In this document: piece after piece, positions 49,642-64,000 of the stretch
Position numbering within the stretch: position 1 is the first letter of the stretch
Layout of the letters: each line of letters begins with the position of its first letter
From: Antechinus flavipes
Lineage: Eukaryota
DNA length: 64,000 nucleotides
Direction: 5' to 3'
Assembly (NCBI RefSeq): GCF_016432865.1
Contig: NC_067401.1
Span: 186,248,001 to 186,312,000, forward strand
Translations under genes and position numbers: made by a program
Notes under the pieces: generated by a model
What the model saw: the letters and a program-made list of their open reading frames with translations, nothing else
Told to the model about the DNA's origin: nothing
Database searches by the model: none

Positions 49642-52365
49642 TCAACCACTGAGAAAGAGCTTCTTGTAGGCTTTGTTCATCTGCTCCAGGAAGATAAAGG
49701 TGAGAACAGTATGGGGGCCAAGTCGAGCATAGTATGGTGTGAATCCCTTCCAGAGGCTGAAGAATCCTTCATATCGAATGACCTTTACCAGCACATCCTA
49801 TGAAACAAGAGGGAAGGGCTTCTGGGGATGAGAAGAACACCAACCTTTCCCCTGCCCACATTGTTACTTCCAACCAAAACACCCTAGTATGAATACTCCC
49901 AGGCCTTGGTGGATGGATGAATAAAGGGCAAAAATTAAATAATATCTGCTTATTAAATTTTGAAAAGATATGTGAATAGCTTTCTTCAATTCCCCAAATT
50001 CTCACCAGTCCATTCTTATACTCTGGCTTCCCATCGATCATTCGCATATTCTGAATCCTGGGTGAGCACAAGAAGGGATAAATAACAAACCAGTTAGAGC
50101 TGTAGGTAGGATGGAATGGGATCAAAGCTTTAATTTTGATTGTGGATTTAGAACTAGAAGAGCCCTTTAAAATTTTCTAGCTTAATTCTATCATGTTACA
50201 GGGCAAGGAAAAAAGTCAAGAAAAAAGACCAGGTCTTCTTGGCTTCAAAAATAGGGCTCAAAAAATGGTATACTTGATTTTTCTGTCCCATTTTGCTACT
50301 GTCTCCTCCATCTGAATAATATTAAGTGTATATGTAAAAACCCAGACAACTCTTTCCTTTTGCCTTAGAAATCCTGATTCTACCTGGTTTTAACAATGTC
50401 CACAGGCATAGAGGCTGCTGTGGTGACCAGTCCACTGATCATACTGGCGCAGAAATGACAGAAGATGTTGTCAGAGAAGTGACCTATAGTGGCAAGAAAA
50501 AGAGATGTGTCAGTTTAAATTCTTGGAAAGGCTGGAGCAGAAAGAATTGGGAAGTAGATACCTGAGTGAGTGGGGAAGATCTGGAGCTCACCTGAATCCA
50601 AGAGAAACTGTTTAGATTGTGAATAGGAAGCAAGCTGGGCAGCATTGACAACAACAGCTCTAGCCATAGTAGGGATACAACCCTATTATTAAAAGAAAAA
50701 ACAATGTCAGCCCTTCATCTCCTTTTGGACCCCCCTCACCTCCTCTCCCATTTTCTCCCCTGGTCATTAAATATATTCCACTCACCCTCCAAAGGGTGGG
50801 GACTCCCTCTTCCCTGGCAATTCTCAAGAGTGCATCAAAAACATTCTTGTAACCTCTGCGCTGATCCAACGGCATCCTGTAGAGAGTGAGTGAAGTTGAG
50901 AATGGGAAAGGAGGAAAAGAGAGGATCTGGAAAGAAGTCAAGAAAGAAAAGACCAAGTAGTAGCATGACAATTCTTTGCATTACAAAGAACCATAGTACT
51001 TGAGAATCAAAATGTCAGTCCCCTTCTTTTATAATTTATACTAAGTCCAGAGAAATAAACTGAATTGCCCTAAATTAGAGTGGCAGTAGTCTTCTGACTG
51101 CCAATTCCCTGTTTTCCCAGGGCACTAATCCCTAGAGAGAGACTGGGGTCCTAGGTTCTTAGGTAGCCTTTAATATGACTCACCGACCATCAGCTGTCAT
51201 ACGAATCAGGGCAACTTCAGCAGGTGTTCCCACAAAGGCTCCTGTGGCACCTGCTGTCATGCCAATCAGGGCCTTTAGCAAGAATCCAGGGGGTGTCCCA
51301 TCTGCCCCAGTCAGGCGCTCAAAAAGAACAGTGTAAATGCCAAGTCGGGTTGTTGTGTAGGTTGCCTGGCGTAGGAGCCCAGCAGACAGCCTGATGGAAG
51401 GAGAAAGCCGGTCAGAAACCCGACCCTCAAAACCCCATGGGAAAGGGAAAGCCCTTTTTTTGGCCCTTCATTCTAATTGCTCCAATAAGAAGATCTGGGA
51501 ATGGTGGCATACAGGTGCTAGGATGTGATTCCCAGTCCCCATGTCATACCTTAAGCTCCCAGTCCTTTCGTTTCCCCAAAGGGCCAGGACTCTTTAACTC
51601 CCAAGTCTCCAGTTCTAGAATTACCCTGTGTAGATGCCTCGAAGCCCTTCAGTCCTCAGGATACTGGTGAGGGCGTGGAAGCTAGTCCTGTATTCCCGGG
51701 TCTTGGCCCCTTCCCCACTCAGCTGCATTCGGTTCTTCACCAAGTCTAGAGGCTGCACAAAAACCGTGGCCCCCATCCTGAGGTGGGGGAAGAAGGGAGT
51801 TCAGAGACGGGCCCTCAGGCCCTCCCACATCCTGAGTGCCTCGGGTGCCCAGAACAACAGTGTTGAGACAGGTGCCATGTAAAAGTAGGCGGGTCACGTA
51901 AGCCCACCCAGGTCCGAATTCGGGCTAAGTGTTCACGCAACTTTCCATAGATTGGATGTGCCAGGGTTGCGCTCCAATCGGGGATAACTCGGCGGTTGCA
52001 ATGACCCTGGGATCGGCAGGCCCGGGGGCCGGAGATGGGGAGAAGGTGTAAGGGAAGCTCTGTGAAGGAGAGCCACACGTCATGCAGTCCGGGGCGGCAG
52101 TGCAATGGAAGCCGTGCAGCGTAGGGGCTGCGTGGGGCAATGGGCTGTAAGCGACGTACGCGCTGACCCACAGGCCGAACTGGAGTCGCTGCCCCATCAG
52201 TTCCCGGAGAAGTGTCCCGGCTTTCAGCCTGGACTAGTACATGTGTGGGGAGGAGAACGCTTACCCAGCCAGACCCCCGAATAAGAACTTGACGGACTTG
52301 GGGGACGTCCGTGGCTTTAAAGCCACCTCACTGCCCCCAGGAGTCGCCGCCGCCGCCGCCGCCAT
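49642..52365 (-). CDS. SLC25A11: Mitochondrial 2-oxoglutarate/malate carrier, 316 aa. Exons 52265-52365, 51625-51777, 51184-51390, 50786-50876, 50592-50682, 50384-50483, 50006-50057, 49642-49797
   Basis: KPRTSPKSVKFLFGGLAG; three carrier signatures (PLDLVKNR, PAEVALIR, PVDIVKTR); ends KAYKKLFLSG*. 951 nt in frame with GT-AG introns. Candidate polyA signal at 49107-49112. Confidence 0.98.
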
Positions 52366-53427
52366 CTCCACTGCACCCGGGACTTGAGAGCGCGTGCCCC
52401 CACACTCGCCCAAGGTGACACTGTAGGCGCGCACGCGCGTCCTAGCTCACACTCTCCTTGCTCTCTCTTCTATCCAAGACAGCCCCTCTTCTCCGCCCCG
52501 GTATCAGCCCCACCACCACTTCAGTTGGAAGCTAGTACGCAGGCGCACAAAGAGGCAACTGGGAAGAAGATGGAGCCAGAGTAAAGAGGGACGGGAATAG
52601 AGGCGGAGCTTGGAGAATGATGTTGGAAGTGGGGTGGGGCTTGAAGTTCTTGGACAAAGGCGTAAATAGAGAGAGAAGAGGTGGAGACTTGGAGGGACCG
52701 AAAATAACGTGCGAACTATAGCGCATGGGCATTATTTGCAAGGAGGCGCCAGGGAAATCAGAGAAAACGAAGAAATCTCGTGAGATCAAGAAAGCCGGGG
52801 AGTGACGGTGAAGAGTCTCGCGACAATTGTCTTCAGTATTTGGAGTTTGGGAGAAATGAGAAAACCTCGCGAGACTTACATGAACCTGAGGTAGTAGCAG
52901 CGACGCCAGCAGCCCTGGAAGGGAGTAGAGGTTTGTAAACTGGGAATTCCTGGGGGTAGTGGGAGCGGAAATCTTCCCAGAAGGATGGGAAGCACTTTGC
53001 AGGAGGTTTCTTTGGACACCTAATATTCCTCCGTATCTGTAGACATCCCTGTCCCCCTTATTCCCTGCCTTAATCCTCTAGCCCATTTTTGATGGCTCCT
53101 GGGTCCAGATATTGAAAACCGGAAGTCCCTTTTAAGGGATTGGGAGGATGTCCCTCAATTCCGGAAGTGCTCCTTGTTGCTTCTTTCTTTTACCGGAAGT
53201 TTCTCTTTTCATCTGGGTTCCCCCTTTTACTCACAAACCACAAAACTTGAGTGGATTTAGAGGCCCTTACTGACCCACCTGGTTCAGAACTGTCATCTCT
53301 CGTTCCCACCTTCTCTCTCCTCCCCAGTACCATGGAGAACTCGGACTGGGTGAAAGACTAGACTAATATATTTTGCGGGGTGGGCCGGAGGCGCAAGGAC
53401 AGAACTCCGTTCTCTTTTTGGCTACAG
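52366..53427. promoter_or_regulatory. Bidirectional CpG-rich promoter region between SLC25A11 and RNF167
   Basis: Head-to-head ATGs ~1.1 kb apart. CCGGAAGT at 53119, 53161, 53193; TCTCGCGAGA-like motifs at 52776, 52816, 52865; NRF1-like GCGCGCACGCGC near 52427. Confidence 0.75.
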
Positions 53428-53465
53428 GACTCCGTCCTCCCCAACCTGCGGCTGCTGCTGCTACC

Positions 53466-56775
<3,310 letters not shown>

Positions 56776-57426
56776 CCTGAATTTGCACCTTCACCCTTAA
56801 AGGATTTCCTGGGCTAGAGCCAGGTCCTTCCCCTTCTACATCAAAAGATTTTCACTGTTGGGTTAATAAAATTGCTTTGTTTCTGAAGCAGGGTGGGGTC
56901 TTTCTTGGGTGGAAGGGATAAAAAGGAATGAAAGTTCTGTCCATAGTTGAAATGATAAGTAGTCTTTTCATTCCTAGACTAGGAAGCTCCAGTCATCCAG
57001 AAGGGGAAAAGGCACCCAATCCACCTTAAAGTTTTATAACAAACACCCAAGAAACTTGAGACCTTAAGGGATTGCAGTTTTGCTTTTTTTTTTTGGAAAG
57101 CACAGGTGTCAGTGTTAGTGTTAGTTCTGCTGGCATACTCCCTGTCATTACACACACCTTTATTAGTAGAATCTTTTATTCATATTCCAATATAAGTTTC
57201 CAGAAAAAAAAAAAAAACAATTTTTCCAAAAAAAAAAAAAAAAAAAAAGTCTTCCCTACTACACACAGGAAGGAGGTTCAAAAGAGAGGGGGAAGGGGCG
57301 CCTGTCTGTCCAACCTGGCCCCCCCCAGGTATAGTTTTGGCAGCAACAAGTGGGTGGGGAAATGGCCCAAAAAACAATGGTGAGGGAAATGGTGCAGAAG
57401 CCTTGGGAAGGGGAGGGTGGGGAGGG

Positions 57427-61300
<3,874 letters not shown>

Positions 61301-63419
61301 GGCAGGCACTCACCTCCCAGATCGCCTGACCTCTGCCTTTTTCCCCCTACCTTCCCTTCTCCCTTCCTCCCTCCCCCCTCCGCGTCTGCACTCACGGGAG
61401 GGCGAGGCAGAAAATGACTGGAGGGGTGGGGAGGAGGCCCTGATTTGGGGAGATAAGCTAAAAGGAGGGAGAGGTTTGGGTGAGATAAGTGAGGTCGGCT
61501 TTGGGTATAGATGGAAAAGGGATTGTGGGGAGAAAGAAGCCCAAGACCCAAGTGAGTCAGACCGACTATTGGGAGGCGCAGACCCGGGCTGGGAGGGTGG
61601 TGCGTCACCAAGTGTGAGTCTCCCAGGCGCCTGGGGAAAAAGCTCTCGGCTGGGAGGAGACACTAGCAACTCCCAGCCGGGCAGTTTGCTTTTTCTCCTG
61701 CAAACACACTTTACTGTTCTCCTTCTTACTAATAGAGGGAGGAAACGCTGAGTAAACCCAGGGGCAGAGTCTCGTTTAGAGAAACCAGAGGCTGAAAGCT
61801 TCAGATTTGGTCAAGTTAAAAGATTGAAGGCCTCAGAAGCAGAACGAAACAATTACAGAGAGAGGTGCAAGGATAGAATGAGGGACTCGGGTACAAAGGA
61901 CAAAATTTGAAGATAAAAGGAAAAAGAGACATGGGGATACAAATGATGGCACATAAGGATAGACTTGAAGATAAAGACAGAAGCAAAGACCCAACGAAAG
62001 ACAGATTCGAGAAAGGGAATTGAGACTAAGAGAAAGGGAGACATTTACAAAGATTGATTCAGAAGTAGTCGGCACTAGGACAAATAGAACACTAATACTG
62101 GAAAACGGAATTTTTATAAAGGGAGACCAAGAAGAGAGACAGATTTGGAAATAGACAAAAGGAAACTAAGAAATAAAAATATTCAGAGATAAAAACAACC
62201 TTGCCAAGAAATAGATACCTAAGTATATCATGGGATCATAGCTTAAGAAGCAGAAGGGTTGAGGAAACTGAAATCTACAATATTCACACACATTAAAAAA
62301 TGGTAGCATCAAAACTTACATTTCGGTCTTCTGGCACAAAGCTAGAACTCTAGGATATGCCAGGATGAAAATTCAAGAGGCAGATTTGTGAGGCACAGCA
62401 AAACAAGTAAATTCCAAATTATACAGTCTTTGATTTTGGAAGGAACCTCAAAGATTATCGAAGTCCAACTTCCCAATGTAAGAATCTCAACAGCATCATT
62501 GTCAAGTGTTCTGTAAGCCTATATTTGAACTAAACTTTGGGAGATAGAAAAAGAAACTGGGGGAGATTCAAATGGACATAGATATTAAGGGGCAGAGAGA
62601 GGGAGACAGGAAGAGATTCAGGTGGAGAAAGACATTAAAAACACTCTATAAAAACAACAACAAATACACACACACACAGATGGGGGCAGAAAAGAGATTT
62701 AATACAGAGACACAAGGACCCAGGGGCAAGATTTCAATGGAGAAACAAGGAGATAAAATAGAAGTAAATAGAGAGGAAAAGAGACAGAGACTGAAGTCTA
62801 CAAAGGTCTGTCTTTAAATTTGCACTGTGTGAAAAGTACAGGGCTCCTCTCCTTGGAAAACGATCCTTGAAGATGGAGCAAGCAGCAGTTTTAAGAAATC
62901 TAAAAAGGACCTTCTTTTTACTTCATTGATAGTAAAAATCTGTATTCATACTGAAGATTTTGGGCCAGATACTCATGCCTCCCAAATTCTCAAGTCTTAA
63001 ACCCCACAGCTGACATTGCTATCTTATCAGGAAGTAAGTGGATGAGGCTAGCCTCCCCTCCCCCAAGACCCCTCAGCAGTCTATGCATGAAGGGGTAGAG
63101 GCTCAGGTTACCCATTTGCCCTTTCTTAAAGGTCCATCTTTAACCTTTGCTGCTGGAAATTCAACCCAGGCAATGGGTAAGAGAAAGGCTTAATACCTGC
63201 ACTGGGCCCGCCTCCCTCTCTCCCTTCTCCCCTCTCCCCTTTCAGCTGAGCCCCCTTCTTGGGGAGTGAAATTGGGAGAATGACTTTTTGGGGAAGGGCA
63301 CAGCATCAGTGGGGGTTGGAGGAGTGTCTTGGGGACTAAGAATTTGCCTTTGGTGGGCAACTTGTTGGCTGCCAGTCACTAAGCTGGGTATGAGTAGATA
63401 GGGGAGGAGCTAAACAGAA

Positions 63420-63520
63420 GGGCGGGGTCAGTAATAAATGCCAGGCTTAGGAGTGATAGCCACACACTGTCCCAGCAGCAATCGGTACCCCAAGACCTAG
63501 CCCAAGGAACTCCAGCTGTG
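63420..63520 (+). other. ENO3: Probable ENO3 muscle promoter and non-coding exon 1
   Basis: GC box GGGCGGGG (63420-63427), TATA-like TAATAAAT (63432-63439), then ACACTGTCCCAGC resembling the ENO3 5'UTR; donors at 63485 (GTACCC) and 63521 (GTGAGA); syntenic position. No coding exon lies in the window. Confidence 0.55.
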
Positions 63521-64000
63521 GTGAGACTTCTCAGGCCCCCATTCTAACCTGATAGAGCAGGGGCAGGGGCAAGATTCTTTCCTCCATCCCCTACACTAAG
63601 TTGTAATTCATAGCCATAGGTTGGGGAGAGGCTGGAGAATAAGGAGGTTGGATGGGATGGACAGACAGCTGAATGGGGGAAGAGGCTAAAGGACACAAGG
63701 CTTTGGAGAGGATAGGACAAAGGAAAGAGAGACAGGGTAAGGTATAGCCAAGACATGAGGATGATGGGGAAGAATGTAGGGAGTAAAGTAAGTGGGGAGG
63801 GGAAGATAGGATGAGGAGAGAGGGGGAAAACAAGGCTGGGAGAGAGGAAGAACTAAGGGAATTATAAGTAATATAAGGAACGTAGCAAATTCAAAGTTAT
63901 GGTATTGAGAACCCAAAGGTAGGGACAAGGGTAGGGTAGCAGGATAATGGAAATAAAATAAAGGGAAAGAGCCTGAGAAGATTGGAGGGAGATTAAAGAG

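Overview
Marsupial genomic DNA, probably dasyurid, judged from WSINE1/MAR1-type tRNA-CORE SINEs, marsupial L1 3' ends and an RTE fragment. It is syntenic with human 17p13.2. Left to right: the 3' part of MINK1 (+, from the kinase exon containing HRDIKG to the stop), CHRNE (-, 12 exons, 493 aa) with an intact C17orf107 orthologue (+) nested in intron 8, a ~15 kb transposon-rich spacer holding an HSPA8-like processed pseudogene fragment, GP1BA (+), SLC25A11 (-) and RNF167 (+) sharing a bidirectional promoter, PFN1 (-), and the probable non-coding first exon of ENO3 (+). I traced all exon boundaries by eye and checked them for GT-AG and reading-frame continuity. No tRNA, rRNA or CRISPR array is supported. 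I found no new multi-gene system. The most interesting signals are lineage-specific changes in gene architecture: (1) GP1BA has GTG where eutherians have the start ATG, and appears to take its ATG from the last 3 nt of an upstream exon (ATG|GTGAGT); (2) a MINK1 alternative exon has decayed (TGG>TAG and GT>AT donor) but keeps its acceptor; (3) a MINK1 87-nt cassette exon sits behind a 360-nt AG-free zone; (4) RNF167 has a duplicated in-frame acceptor next to the TM helix; (5) AChR-epsilon has substitutions at toxin-selectivity and pore positions. Human/mouse comparisons are from memory and need checking by alignment. Transposon boundaries are approximate.
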